NCBI GenBank assembly: GCA_963693055.1 | Contig: OY843751.1 | Span: forward strand, 1,248,001-1,312,000 | DNA from: a bacterium | GTDB lineage: Bacteria; Zhuqueibacterota; Zhuqueibacteria; Residuimicrobiales; Krinioviventaceae | Length of the DNA: 64,000 nt | Direction: 5' to 3' | Shown: positions 1 through 10,787 of the stretch, piece by piece | Layout of the letters: every line of letters starts with the position of its first letter | Position numbering within the stretch: position 1 is the first letter of the stretch | Notes under the pieces: generated by a model | The model's input: only the letters and a program-made list of their open reading frames with translations | Database searches by the model: none | What the model was told of the DNA's origin: nothing | Program-made: the position numbers and the translations under genes

Positions 1-1
1 T

Positions 2-646
2 TTGGCAGATATGCCGGTAACAACTGAATATCATCCCTTTGGGAATGGTGAATATTTCGGATACAATGATATGGTGACCGGCCTTTCCGGTTCTTTGAAA
101 ATGACCGATAAATTTTCATTTGGTATTACCTTGAAATATGTACGGGAAACGCTTGACGATCTGGTAATGGATGGCTTTATGGTCGATTTTGGTACTTATT
201 ACTGGACTGGATTTAAATCTTTACGGGTTGCTGCTGCAATGCGTAACTTTGGTCCTGAAATGAAACCCGGTGGTACCTATATGCAAACAGAAACATCTGG
301 TAGTGTGTCTGAAACAGATTACCAGGGTTTTTCACCACCAATTGTATTCAGTCTGGGAACCGCCATGGATGTGTATGAATATGCTGAAAATGTATTCACG
401 CTTTCCATACAAATGGACCATCCTATGGATGATCAGGAAATATATGTTGCCGGTCTTGAATATGATTTTAACAATATCCTGCAATTGCGTTCAGGATACA
501 AGGCCAATTTTGAGGAAAATCACTGGAGTTTTGGTGGTGGTTTGAGCGTTCCCATGTGGGGAAATGCATTGCAAATCGATTACTCTTATGCTGAATTTAC
601 AAACCTGTCAATGACACAGCAATTTACTATAGGATTCAAGTTTTAA
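2..646 (+). CDS. PorV/PorQ-family outer-membrane beta-barrel protein (5' partial)
   Basis: Amphipathic beta-strands, motifs 'DFGTYYWTGF', 'GLEY..LQLRSGY', 'IDYSY', terminal Phe; ORF runs off the left edge. Confidence 0.75.
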   Translation: MADMPVTTEYHPFGNGEYFGYNDMVTGLSGSLKMTDKFSFGITLKYVRETLDDLVMDGFMVDFGTYYWTGFKSLRVAAAMRNFGPEMKPGGTYMQTETSGSVSETDYQGFSPPIVFSLGTAMDVYEYAENVFTLSIQMDHPMDDQEIYVAGLEYDFNNILQLRSGYKANFEENHWSFGGGLSVPMWGNALQIDYSYAEFTNLSMTQQFTIGFKF

Positions 647-1878
647 TGATGAAAAGAATACATTATATTATAATTGCAATACTATTGGTTTTGATGGCAG
701 CATCTTGCGAGTATTCCAAGATGCCTTTACCTGTTGCGAATAGTTCCAGTTCCGGATTTGGAGCAAATGATACCAGTTATGTGGAATTGAATCCGGTATG
801 GGATGCTGCATTTTTAGGTAATACACTTTCGCATCCCACTGATATCACTATTGGGCCTGATGGTTATATATTTATCGCTGATGAAGGTAATGACAGAATC
901 CTGGTTGTTAATCAGTCCGGTGAACAAATGACCCAGAATGGCCTGGGCAATTTGAACAATATACCTGCACCCTCGGGTATTCATATTGATGCGAAATTAA
1001 ACCTATACGCCACAAATGGTTCAAATACTGTTTATGCCTGGAACCAATATTTTAATGCAGTTTCTATTGATTCGGTGTCTGACCGCATCGTAATCAAAAA
1101 TTATACAACGGGTGATACCTTGCATGTCACCTTGGCTGAAGCCTACTCTGGTGAAGATGCTTTTCCTGGATATCAATTCCAGTCTATATTGTTTGAAGGA
1201 TATTCCGTGGACAAGCACCCTATTCGGGATGTTTATACTTTTTATGAAGATACTCAAGCCGGAACCCAGATTAACGATATAACATCCATTGGTGATGATC
1301 TTTATGCTACCGATTCAGGTAATCAACGTATTATAAAAATTGCATTGGTCCCTGCCTGGTTTGTGAAAACCTCTGAGGGATTTGTTCTGCTACACTATCG
1401 AGGAGCATTCTCTTCGAATGCTGTAACATATGGTTCAGGAGCAGGAACTGTTGATACGCCCTGGAGCTTAGTTTCTGATGATGATAATATATATTTTAGC
1501 CAATTAGCTGGTAACTTTTTGGTGCAAAAATTGAGTGCTGTAGATTTTACTTCTCAATTTACGCTTTATCAGGATGCCATAATGGACCTGAATCGTTTTG
1601 TAGAACCCAGAGCCATAGCACTGGATGAAACAGGTGATTTGTTTGTTATGGATACCGGTTCACAAAAAGTACAGAAATTCTTTAACACGGGTACCCGTGC
1701 GGGTCAGGTTGCAGATTTGGGCGAACGCGGAATTGCAGTCACTGAATTTAATGACGCCAGAGGCTTGATGGTTAGTGACCAGGTTATTTACGTGGTAGAG
1801 AGTGGTGAAAATCAAATACGAAGATTCCAGTATTCTATATCTGATGAAGATATTCCTGATGATGAAAAACAACCCTGA
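646..1878 (+). CDS. NHL-repeat beta-propeller lipoprotein
   Basis: Lipobox-like MAASC; NHL-type repeats 'PTDITIGPDGYIFIADEGNDRI', 'PRAIALDETGDLFVMDTGSQKV'; start overlaps upstream stop (TAATG). Confidence 0.8.
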   Translation: MMKRIHYIIIAILLVLMAASCEYSKMPLPVANSSSSGFGANDTSYVELNPVWDAAFLGNTLSHPTDITIGPDGYIFIADEGNDRILVVNQSGEQMTQNGLGNLNNIPAPSGIHIDAKLNLYATNGSNTVYAWNQYFNAVSIDSVSDRIVIKNYTTGDTLHVTLAEAYSGEDAFPGYQFQSILFEGYSVDKHPIRDVYTFYEDTQAGTQINDITSIGDDLYATDSGNQRIIKIALVPAWFVKTSEGFVLLHYRGAFSSNAVTYGSGAGTVDTPWSLVSDDDNIYFSQLAGNFLVQKLSAVDFTSQFTLYQDAIMDLNRFVEPRAIALDETGDLFVMDTGSQKVQKFFNTGTRAGQVADLGERGIAVTEFNDARGLMVSDQVIYVVESGENQIRRFQYSISDEDIPDDEKQP

Positions 1879-1902
1879 TAATTTTATAAAAATTATAAAT
1901 TT

Positions 1903-1942
1903 AAAAAGCCCTGGTATTGAAAACAGTATCCGGGCTTTTTTT
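1903..1942 (+). terminator. Rho-independent terminator
   Basis: AAAAAGCCC...GGGCTTTTTTT hairpin with T-tract after the NHL gene. Confidence 0.8.
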
Positions 1943-2112
1943 GTTAATAGAAGAATATTGAATTATTTAGAATCGTTATTCTGTTAATAAGTAATAAATT
2001 GAGGGAAAATACTGAAATATTAGTAACTTGATAATTATGTTGATAAAAAAGATTTCATTTTATTTATAAATTAATTATACTGTAAACTGTTACAAAATAA
2101 TAGGATATTTGC

Positions 2113-2937
2113 ATGAAAACGCTCAGCCAGATTATCAATTATGCATTACCTGCATTATACTTTTTTGTTGTGATAGTTTATTACCAGATTTTTAAATTTC
2201 AAAAACGCGATCTTGAAAAATACACAGTTCCTTTATTACTGGTTTTACTCTTTTTTGATGGATTTAGTATTGTGTCCCGCATTATTGCTCTCAATTTAAT
2301 GCCTCTGAGTACAATATTTGACGCATTTTCTCTTTTATCCTTTTGTGTTATTTTTGTGTATTTGATTATTGAAACCACTATTAAAAACAAATCCACGGGT
2401 TTGTTTCTTGTGAGTTTTGCGTTTGTATTTAAAACTATTGCTGCATTTCATTTTAAATGGAATGCAAAAAGCAGTGCGATTTTGTCTGATCCTACCTTTG
2501 CTGTACATGCATCATTAACCATTTGTGGATATACTGCTTTGACCATTTCAGCAATTTATGCGGTTTTGTATATGGTGCAGGAACACAATATGAAAAAAAA
2601 GAAGTTTGATGTTGTGTCTTTACAGTTACCACCATTGGCGTATTTGGAAAGTATGAGTATCCGTTCTGTCACTATTGGAATACTTGTTATTGGTATTGGG
2701 TTAGGATTGGGGCATATACAAGCATATAAAATGTTTGGTAAACTTTGGCTCCCTGATCCCAAAATTATTATATCAGATTTGATTTTTATCTTTTATTTTA
2801 GTGGATATATAATTAATAAATTTTTGAAATTGAATAGTAAATGGATGGCAAGGTTTTCTCTGCTGGGATATATTATATTACTTGCAAGTGCGATTTCGGT
2901 AGTAACTATATCAAATTCGTTTCATAATTTTTATTAG
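2113..2937 (+). CDS. CcsA/HemX-like cytochrome c assembly membrane protein
   Basis: About 8 hydrophobic segments, 'VHASL', 'LPPLAYLESM', 'WLPDPK', C-terminal 'SFHNF'; directly upstream of hemA. Confidence 0.8.
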   Translation: MKTLSQIINYALPALYFFVVIVYYQIFKFQKRDLEKYTVPLLLVLLFFDGFSIVSRIIALNLMPLSTIFDAFSLLSFCVIFVYLIIETTIKNKSTGLFLVSFAFVFKTIAAFHFKWNAKSSAILSDPTFAVHASLTICGYTALTISAIYAVLYMVQEHNMKKKKFDVVSLQLPPLAYLESMSIRSVTIGILVIGIGLGLGHIQAYKMFGKLWLPDPKIIISDLIFIFYFSGYIINKFLKLNSKWMARFSLLGYIILLASAISVVTISNSFHNFY

Positions 2938-2945
2938 AGTATAAT

Positions 2946-4226
2946 ATGAATTTAGAAAATGTCCCGTTTGCAATAATAGGGATTTCACATCATACAGCAC
3001 CGGTCCAGGTGCGAGGAGAAGTAGCTCTTAATGTAGAAGATCAAAAAATTACATTAGAGTATTTGAAAAAATCCGATTATACACAAGGCTGTATTGTTTT
3101 ATCAACCTGTAACCGGACTGAAATATATTTAAGCAGTGAAAATATAGAGCAATCTGTAATTGATTTTAAAGATTGGTTCAGTAATTATAAACAGTGTGAC
3201 TATTTCAATAATGCCGATTATACTTATGTTCATAGCGGAGTAAAAGCAGTTGAACATTTTTTCAAAGTTATCTCGAGTCTGGATTCGCAGATTGTAGGAG
3301 AAACCCAGATTACCGGTCAGGTTAAAGAAGCATATAATCTGGCTTTGGAAATGCATGCTACCGATTCTTTGATTAATAAAATTTTCAACTTTGGTATTCA
3401 GGCGCAAAAAGATGTGAGAAACAGTACATATTTGTGTGCCGGTGCAGTTTCAATCAGCTTTGCAGGTGTTGAACTTGCTGAAAAGATATTTAACAAACTT
3501 GAAGATAAAAAGGTTTTACTCTTTGGAGCCGGTGAGACTGCGGAGCTAGCCGCGGACCATTTTTCTAAAAAAGGGGTAAGGCAATTTCATGTGATTAACC
3601 GGACCTATGAAAAGGCGGAATCACTGGCTAAACTTTTAAATGGAAAAGCATTTTCTCTAGATCAAATGGATGATGCGTTTGAAGGTGTGGATATTGTTAT
3701 TTCTGCTACGTCAAGCACAGAGCATGTCATTACTTTTGCTTATATTAAACAATTGGGTAGAAAACGGCGAAATACTCCTTTATTTTTAATCGACCTGGCT
3801 ATTCCCCGAGATATTGATCCTGCGATTGAAAAACTGCAAGGTGTTTATCTCTATAACCTGGATGATCTGCAAGAAATTGTCAAGATCAATACCAGCAAAC
3901 GCACTAAAGAAATCCCCAAAGCTTTAAAATCAATTGATGATGTTATGCAGGACTGGGTAGAGTGGTATGGAACCTACTCTTTGTCTTCTACTATTGGTAA
4001 GCTAAAAAATTATTTTGAACAGGTTTGCACCAATGAAATCAATAGGGCTTTGAAAGCAATTCCCGAAGACTCTACGGATCCTTGTGATTTTGATGTATTG
4101 AAAACTAACCTGATCAACAAATTGGTTCGTCAGCATATTAAATTGTTGAAAAAAACAAATGGAAATCCCGATTACCAACAAACCCATATAAATCTAATAC
4201 ACGATCTGTTTGAACTGGAAAAGTAA
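2946..4226 (+). CDS. hemA: Glutamyl-tRNA reductase
   Basis: 'LSTCNRTEIY' catalytic motif, 'GETQITGQVK', GAGETA Rossmann motif, 'DLAIPRDI'. Confidence 0.97.
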   Translation: MNLENVPFAIIGISHHTAPVQVRGEVALNVEDQKITLEYLKKSDYTQGCIVLSTCNRTEIYLSSENIEQSVIDFKDWFSNYKQCDYFNNADYTYVHSGVKAVEHFFKVISSLDSQIVGETQITGQVKEAYNLALEMHATDSLINKIFNFGIQAQKDVRNSTYLCAGAVSISFAGVELAEKIFNKLEDKKVLLFGAGETAELAADHFSKKGVRQFHVINRTYEKAESLAKLLNGKAFSLDQMDDAFEGVDIVISATSSTEHVITFAYIKQLGRKRRNTPLFLIDLAIPRDIDPAIEKLQGVYLYNLDDLQEIVKINTSKRTKEIPKALKSIDDVMQDWVEWYGTYSLSSTIGKLKNYFEQVCTNEINRALKAIPEDSTDPCDFDVLKTNLINKLVRQHIKLLKKTNGNPDYQQTHINLIHDLFELEK

Positions 4227-4228
4227 AT

Positions 4229-5152
4229 ATGAGCAAGTTTATACGAATTGGAACCCGCGGCAGTCAATTGGCTTTATGGCAAGCTAATTTTGTGCAGAGT
4301 GAATTGGAAAAAAATAATCCCGATGTTTCTTTTGAGCGTGTTATCATCAAAACCACAGGTGACCGCGACCAAAAGTCGTCCCTGACTCAGATCGGTGGGC
4401 AGGGTGTTTTTACCAAAACTATTGAAGATGCCTTGTTGAATAAAGAAATTGATGTAGCAGTGCACAGTCTCAAAGATCTTCCCTCTCAAGAGACGGCGGG
4501 TCTTGTATTGGGTGCTGTACCACAACGTGGTTTTGTTGAGGATGTATTGGTTACCGAAAATGGCACAACTTTGCAGCAGCTTGCACAGGGTGCCAGAATT
4601 GCAACAGGTAGTATTCGCCGGCAATCGCAATTACTTGCTTTACGTCCGGATCTGGAAATCAAAGATCTGCGTGGTAATATTGATACACGTTTGCGTAAAT
4701 TGGCGGAAGAAGATCTGGATGCCATCATCATGGCAAAGGCAGCAATTGTTCGTTTAGAACTGGACCAGGTCAAGTACAGTGAATTTAAAGTGGATGACAT
4801 GGTGCCGAGTGTAAGCCAAGGTGCTATTGGTATTCAAATCCGACAAGGTGATGAGGAAACATTGTCAGCCGTTCATAAAATGAATCATGCGCCTACATTT
4901 CAGGCTGTAATGGCTGAACGATCATTACTACGTACGCTGGACAGTGGGTGTCAGTTCCCGGTTGGGGCTTTTGCCCAGGTTGTAAGTGACGAAGTTTTGG
5001 ATATTATTGGGTATGTGGGAAGTGTTGACGGTAAAACAATTATCAAAGAGAGACTGGCCGGCAGTCCCGAACAGGCCGAATTGTTGGGAGAGAGACTGGC
5101 TGAAATTTTAATTGATAAAGGTGCAAAGGATGTATTGAAGGAATTGTCCTGA
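4229..5152 (+). CDS. hemC: Hydroxymethylbilane synthase
   Basis: 'IGTRGSQLALWQA', 'AVHSLKDLP', 'LRGNIDTRL', 'SGCQFPVG'. Confidence 0.97.
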   Translation: MSKFIRIGTRGSQLALWQANFVQSELEKNNPDVSFERVIIKTTGDRDQKSSLTQIGGQGVFTKTIEDALLNKEIDVAVHSLKDLPSQETAGLVLGAVPQRGFVEDVLVTENGTTLQQLAQGARIATGSIRRQSQLLALRPDLEIKDLRGNIDTRLRKLAEEDLDAIIMAKAAIVRLELDQVKYSEFKVDDMVPSVSQGAIGIQIRQGDEETLSAVHKMNHAPTFQAVMAERSLLRTLDSGCQFPVGAFAQVVSDEVLDIIGYVGSVDGKTIIKERLAGSPEQAELLGERLAEILIDKGAKDVLKELS

Positions 5153-5922
5153 TGGGCGATATTCTGGCAAATAAAATTATATTAATTACACGGAATGTGA
5201 TTGAAGCTGCTGATATCATTCAGGCGGTAAAAGATAAAGGCGGCAAGACAGTTGTTTTTCCGACAATACAAATTTGCCCCCCGGATGATTGGACGAATGC
5301 AGATTTTGCAATTACATCCATGGATCAATTTGACTGGCTTGTCTTTACCAGTAAAAACAGTGTAGATGCTTTTTTGTCCCGTGTGAATGAACTTGGTTAT
5401 GAATTGGGACAGATTCAAATTGCCGCAATCGGTTCCAAAACCGCCAAACACTTGATTGAACGTGGAATGGAAATTCAGCTACAACCGGATTCCTTTACTG
5501 CAGCTGATCTGGTAAAAGCCTTTAAAAAATTGGATATGTCCGAAAAACGTGTGTTGGTACCGGTATCTGATATTGCCAGAACTGAGCTAACGGATGGATT
5601 GACAGAACAGGGCGCAATTGTAGACCGAATCGTGGTTTATAGAACCTGCAAAACCGAGCCGGAAAATCTGGACCAGGTAAAAACCATGATCAGCAAAGAT
5701 TCTATTGATTGTTTTACATTTTTTAGTCCATCAGCATTTGACAATTTTTTAAGCTTGCTGGGTGATGAAATAATTGAAGGTTTGAAAAGAAAGCAACCCC
5801 CTATGGCTATAATTGGCCCGACAACTGCAAACGCAGTGCGATCTGCAGGTTTTTTTAAAATCATTCAAGCGAAAAACAGTACATCTACTGATTTGATAAA
5901 TGCTCTACTTGCTTATTATTAA
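5152..5922 (+). CDS. hemD: Uroporphyrinogen-III synthase
   Basis: 'ILITR', 'DWLVFTSKNSV', 'AIGSKTA', 'FFSPSA', 'IGPTTA'; operon position. Confidence 0.93.
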   Translation: MGDILANKIILITRNVIEAADIIQAVKDKGGKTVVFPTIQICPPDDWTNADFAITSMDQFDWLVFTSKNSVDAFLSRVNELGYELGQIQIAAIGSKTAKHLIERGMEIQLQPDSFTAADLVKAFKKLDMSEKRVLVPVSDIARTELTDGLTEQGAIVDRIVVYRTCKTEPENLDQVKTMISKDSIDCFTFFSPSAFDNFLSLLGDEIIEGLKRKQPPMAIIGPTTANAVRSAGFFKIIQAKNSTSTDLINALLAYY

Positions 5923-5940
5923 TTTAATGGAGTTGTCTAT

Positions 5941-6984
5941 ATGTCACAATCCTTTTTATATATTGATGCAATTCAGAAAAAGCCCATAGATAGAACCCCC
6001 ATTTGGATTATGCGGCAAGCGGGAAGATATTTGCCCGAGTATATGAAGATCCGTGAAAAATATGACTTTTTGACGGTTTGTAAAACCCCTGAAATTGCCG
6101 CTGAGGTTACATTACAGCCCATTCGTCGGTTTGGATTTGATGCATCAATTTTGTTTTCTGATATTCTGGTTATTCCGGAAGCCATTGGCCAAAAGCTGGA
6201 ATTTCTGGAAAATCATGGGCCTCAGCTTTCTCCGCAAATACTGGATGAAAAAGAGTTTGAGAAATTGTCTACAAAAGAACTCGAAGGAAAACTGGATTAT
6301 GTTGCACAAGCTATCAAGGTGATCAATTCGGAATTGCCTGCGGATGTTCCTCTCATTGGTTTCAGTGGATCTCCGTTTACTCTGGCAACTTATATGATTG
6401 AAGGAAAGCCAACCCGGAATTTTAAATATATCAAGCAATTGATCTTTAGTAATCCTAATTTTGTACATCGGCTGCTTACATTGTTAACCGAAGCGGTCAC
6501 CCGTTATCTGGAAATGCAGATTCGTGCAGGTGTTAAAGCGGTACAATTGTTTGATACCTGGGGTGGCATTTTACCCGTTCATCTTTACAATTCTTTTTCC
6601 GGCAAATATATGAAAAATATTGTAAATCGATTAAAACATTTTGATGTACCTTTTGTTTTATTCAGTAAAGGCGGAGTTGAAATACTGCACCAGTTAACAG
6701 ATAGTGAAGCTGACATGTTGGGTGTAGACTGGATGACAGATCTTGCACATGCAAAAAAACTTGTTGATGGAAAATTCGCTTTGCAGGGTAATCTTGATCC
6801 TACTGCCTTGTATGGAGATAAAGAAATAATCAAGAATGAAATTCAACATATTTTAAATATTATTGGCAAAGATTCAGGTCACGTTTTTAATCTGGGACAT
6901 GGAATTTTGCCGGACATTCCGGTTGATAATGTTGCCTTTATGGTAGACCAGGTGCGTGAACAGAGTATGAAAATCAGAGCATAG
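5941..6984 (+). CDS. hemE: Uroporphyrinogen decarboxylase
   Basis: 'PIWIMRQAGRYLPEY', 'LQGNLDP', 'FNLGHGILP'. Confidence 0.97.
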   Translation: MSQSFLYIDAIQKKPIDRTPIWIMRQAGRYLPEYMKIREKYDFLTVCKTPEIAAEVTLQPIRRFGFDASILFSDILVIPEAIGQKLEFLENHGPQLSPQILDEKEFEKLSTKELEGKLDYVAQAIKVINSELPADVPLIGFSGSPFTLATYMIEGKPTRNFKYIKQLIFSNPNFVHRLLTLLTEAVTRYLEMQIRAGVKAVQLFDTWGGILPVHLYNSFSGKYMKNIVNRLKHFDVPFVLFSKGGVEILHQLTDSEADMLGVDWMTDLAHAKKLVDGKFALQGNLDPTALYGDKEIIKNEIQHILNIIGKDSGHVFNLGHGILPDIPVDNVAFMVDQVREQSMKIRA

Positions 6985-6996
6985 ACAGGCCCTCTT

Positions 6997-8388
6997 ATGA
7001 ATAATCAGAAAATTAAAGTTGATCTCGATTTAATCAAAAAATATGACCAACCGGGTCCCCGGTATACCAGTTATCCTACCGCTCCTTATTTCCATGACGG
7101 GATAACCGAAAAAGAGTATTTGCAGCATATAGATAGTGATGATATATCCTATGCTGTGCGCGATATATCTTTGTACTTTCATATCCCTTTTTGTAACAGC
7201 TTGTGTTATTTTTGCGGATGTAATTCCTTTGTAACTAAAAAGCCGGGAGTGATGGAACAGTATATAGATTATCTTGAAAAAGAGATTATAATGATTGCCG
7301 AGCGTTTGGGGCAAGACCGACATGTTGCCCAATTACACTGGGGAGGTGGTACACCTACTTATTTATCTCCGGATATGATTAAACGATTGGGTGATAGTAT
7401 TCATAAACATTTTAATTTCAAAGACGATGCAGAAGTAGGCGTTGAAATCGATCCGCGCGGACTAACCCATGATCATTTCAAGGCACTTTATGAAGCCGGA
7501 TTCAATCGCAGCAGTATGGGCGTACAGGATTTTGATCCACAGGTACAAAAAGCTGTGCATCGTATTCAGCCGGAAGAAATAACCATGCAGGCATTGCAAT
7601 GGGCCCAGGAATTTGAATTTGAAAGTATGAATGTTGATTTGATGTATGGTTTGCCGTTCCAAACCGTTGATAAATTTTCAGAAACTATTGATAAAGTCAT
7701 TAAAATGGACCCTGATCGTCTGGCGGTGTTTAATTATGCGCATTTACCGAATATTATGAAACATCAGCGCGTTATTAAAGAAGAGACGCTGCCCAAACCC
7801 GAGGTTAAATTGCAATTATTGAAAATGACTATTGAAAAATTATCAGAGGCTGGGTATGTTTATATTGGCATGGATCATTTTGCAAAACCCGATGATGAAT
7901 TGACAATTGCTATGCAAGAGGGGACACTGTATCGTAATTTTCAGGGATATTCTACGCATGCTGGTCTGGATCTGTTTGCCATGGGTATGTCGAGTATTAG
8001 TATGATGTCTGAACTGTATGTGCAGAATTACAAAACACTGGAAGAATATTATAAACCCCTTAAAGATGGTAAATTGCCAATCATGCGTGGTTATCAATTG
8101 AACCCGGATGATATATTGCGCAGAGATGTTATAACCGATTTGATGTGCAATTTTAAGCTGGAAAAACTTAAAGTCGAACAAAAGTATGACATCCGGTTCG
8201 ATGATTATTTTTCAGATGCACTGGAAGACCTGATCTCATTTGAACAGGACGAACTGGTAAAGCTGGACGCTGACAAAATTACCGTATTACCGCAGGGACG
8301 GTTGTTGATTCGAAATATTGCAATGAAATTTGATTATTATCTGAGACAAAAAACAAACGATAAACCTCAATATTCGAGAACGGTATAA
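6997..8388 (+). CDS. hemN: Oxygen-independent coproporphyrinogen III dehydrogenase (radical SAM)
   Basis: 'GPRYTSYP', 'HIPFCNSLCYFCGC', 'LYRNFQGYST' - hallmarks of true HemN. Confidence 0.96.
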   Translation: MNNQKIKVDLDLIKKYDQPGPRYTSYPTAPYFHDGITEKEYLQHIDSDDISYAVRDISLYFHIPFCNSLCYFCGCNSFVTKKPGVMEQYIDYLEKEIIMIAERLGQDRHVAQLHWGGGTPTYLSPDMIKRLGDSIHKHFNFKDDAEVGVEIDPRGLTHDHFKALYEAGFNRSSMGVQDFDPQVQKAVHRIQPEEITMQALQWAQEFEFESMNVDLMYGLPFQTVDKFSETIDKVIKMDPDRLAVFNYAHLPNIMKHQRVIKEETLPKPEVKLQLLKMTIEKLSEAGYVYIGMDHFAKPDDELTIAMQEGTLYRNFQGYSTHAGLDLFAMGMSSISMMSELYVQNYKTLEEYYKPLKDGKLPIMRGYQLNPDDILRRDVITDLMCNFKLEKLKVEQKYDIRFDDYFSDALEDLISFEQDELVKLDADKITVLPQGRLLIRNIAMKFDYYLRQKTNDKPQYSRTV

Positions 8389-8390
8389 TT

Positions 8391-9353
8391 ATGCCAACAG
8401 CAATTTTGTTATGCAACATGGGTGGCCCGGATTCTTTGGATGATGTACAGCCCTATCTTGAAAACATTTTCATGGATCCGGATATTATTGATATCCCACT
8501 TTCAGGAAAATGGAGAACCGTATTTGCCAGGTATCTCGCAAAGAAGAGGGCTCCCAAATCTACAAAAATATTTGAGCATATGGGCGGCAGCAGCCCATTG
8601 CTTGAAATTACTCAAAAACAAGCGGACAGGCTTGCCGAAAGGTTAACCGATAAAGGGAAAATATGCAAGGTGTATCCGGCTATGCGTTACTGGCATCCCT
8701 TGATACCGGAAGTTTGGCAGCAGATTGCTAAAGAAGATTTTAAAAAAATAGTTGTAATATCGCTTTTTTCTTATTATTCTACTGCTACCTCAGGATCCAT
8801 ACAACGCTTGCTTTTAGAGATCTCCGGGAAATATCCGGTAAATGCTGATGTCTATTTTATTGATCGGTTTGGAAATCATCCTGAATTTATACATGCTATG
8901 GCAAAGCAAATGAAGCATTATATTGGCGAGGAAAACAATCAGCATGATATTCATATATTGTTGAGTGCTCATAGTATTCCTCAGAGCCGGGTTGCAAAGG
9001 GTGATCCTTATCAGGATGAGATTGAAGAAGCTGTGGGGCAGTTGCGCGATGAATTGCCGGAAAATTATAAATTACATATATCTTATCAAAGCAAGATTGG
9101 TCCTGTCAGGTGGCTCGAGCCGGCAACATCTGAAAAGATTTTAGAGTTGGCAGAGCAGGGAGTACAAAAATTGTGGGTATATCCGTTGGGTTTTACAGCG
9201 GATAATTCAGAAACCATTTATGAAATTGGTTCTCTTTATCATGATCTTGCGAAAGAGCATGGTATTAAAGAGTATATCCGCATTCCGGCATTGAATGATG
9301 ATAATGGATTCATTGCCGCATTAGAGCGGATCATAATTGACCATGTTGACTAG
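8391..9353 (+). CDS. hemH: Ferrochelatase
   Basis: 'NMGGP', 'AMRYWHP', 'LSAHSIP', 'YQSKIGPVRWLEP', 'ETIYEI'. Confidence 0.95.
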   Translation: MPTAILLCNMGGPDSLDDVQPYLENIFMDPDIIDIPLSGKWRTVFARYLAKKRAPKSTKIFEHMGGSSPLLEITQKQADRLAERLTDKGKICKVYPAMRYWHPLIPEVWQQIAKEDFKKIVVISLFSYYSTATSGSIQRLLLEISGKYPVNADVYFIDRFGNHPEFIHAMAKQMKHYIGEENNQHDIHILLSAHSIPQSRVAKGDPYQDEIEEAVGQLRDELPENYKLHISYQSKIGPVRWLEPATSEKILELAEQGVQKLWVYPLGFTADNSETIYEIGSLYHDLAKEHGIKEYIRIPALNDDNGFIAALERIIIDHVD

Positions 9354-9385
9354 AATCAGGTTAAATAAAACCAGGCAGGGTTAAA

Positions 9386-10753
9386 ATGAGCAAAAGTGTA
9401 GCAGTAATTGGCGCCGGTATTTCAGGATTATGCACATCGTACTGGTTGCATAAGGACGGTTATGAGGTAACCGTTTTGGAAAAACTGGACCGTGTGGGTG
9501 GATCGATTATTTCCGAAAAAAAAGATGGTTTTGTAATCGATTTGGGCCCCAATACGGCCCTTGAAACCTCTGAAACATTAAAAGATCTGATAAAAGATCT
9601 GGGAATTGAAGATAAAAAGATTTATGGCAGTTACGAGGCAAATAACCGATACATTGTGCGCAATGGGCAATTGCATCCGCTTGCCATGTCACCGCTAAAG
9701 TTCTTAACATCAAAATTATTTTCTACCAAAGCAAAAATCCGTTTAATGCGGGAACCGTTTATCAAAAAGATAGAGGCAGAAGATATTTCCTTGTCTGATT
9801 TTGTTAAATATCGCCTGGGACAAGAGTTTCTGGATTATGCCATTAATCCCTTTGTTGCGGGTGTTTATGCCGGTGATCCCGATAATTTGAGCACCCCTGC
9901 GGGTTTTCCCAAACTTTGGGCGCTTGAACAAAAATATGGTTCGTTTATAAAAGGAGCTGTTATAGGTGCCAGAGAACGTAAAAAACGCAAAGAAGTGGCC
10001 AAAGACCGCGCCAAGATGTTTTCTTTTGAAAACGGATTGCAATTCTTTACGGATACCATGGCTGAAAAAGTAGGTGGTGTACAAACCGGTGTAGATATCC
10101 AAAAATTAGAAAAGAACGGAACCGGCTGGAACATTACCTATGTTCAAAATGGTGAGACCCAAACAAAATCGTTTGATAATGTTGTAATCTCTACTCAAAC
10201 GGATTCCATTGCACAGTTTGTTAAGGACCTTTCCTCCGAAGCATCTGAAGCATTCAAGAATATTTATTATCCACCGGTTACCCTGGTGTTTATGGGATTC
10301 AAAAAAGAACAGATTGGCAGACCGTTAGATGGATTTGGTTTTTTGGTACCCAAAATTGAAAATCGCAAGATTCTGGGCACGTTGTGGAGCTCGGTGATCT
10401 TTCCGGATCGCGCTCCTGAAGGACATGCCGCATTAACTACGTTTGTTGGCGGAACACGACAGCCTGAAATGACAGATCTGTCTGATGAAGAATTGGAAGC
10501 TGTTGTTCTACAAGAACTGGGTGATCTGATGCAGATCAGCGGTAAACCGGTTATAACCCGTATGTTGAAATGGCCGCGTGCAATTCCACAATATACTATG
10601 GGATACATGAAGATCAAAACCATGTTTGACGAGCTGGAACAAAAGAATGCAGGTCTTTATTTTGCCACTAATGCGCGTCGAGGAATCAGTGTGGGCGATA
10701 GTGTGTTGTGCGCCAGAGAGACTTTTGAAAGAATGACCGATACAAAAGCGTAA
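9386..10753 (+). CDS. hemY: FAD-dependent protoporphyrinogen oxidase (HemY type)
   Basis: GAGISG FAD motif, 'GVYAGDP', 'GFGFLVP', 'WPRAIPQY'. Confidence 0.92.
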   Translation: MSKSVAVIGAGISGLCTSYWLHKDGYEVTVLEKLDRVGGSIISEKKDGFVIDLGPNTALETSETLKDLIKDLGIEDKKIYGSYEANNRYIVRNGQLHPLAMSPLKFLTSKLFSTKAKIRLMREPFIKKIEAEDISLSDFVKYRLGQEFLDYAINPFVAGVYAGDPDNLSTPAGFPKLWALEQKYGSFIKGAVIGARERKKRKEVAKDRAKMFSFENGLQFFTDTMAEKVGGVQTGVDIQKLEKNGTGWNITYVQNGETQTKSFDNVVISTQTDSIAQFVKDLSSEASEAFKNIYYPPVTLVFMGFKKEQIGRPLDGFGFLVPKIENRKILGTLWSSVIFPDRAPEGHAALTTFVGGTRQPEMTDLSDEELEAVVLQELGDLMQISGKPVITRMLKWPRAIPQYTMGYMKIKTMFDELEQKNAGLYFATNARRGISVGDSVLCARETFERMTDTKA

Positions 10754-10787
10754 AAAAGTATTTTTTATAAATGTGGAAAGGATGACC

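Noticed and set aside
2029-2094. Fur-like box (TGATAATTATGTTGA) and palindrome TGTAAACTGTTACA upstream of the heme operon
   Set aside because: Only half-site matches in very AT-rich DNA; cannot be told from chance
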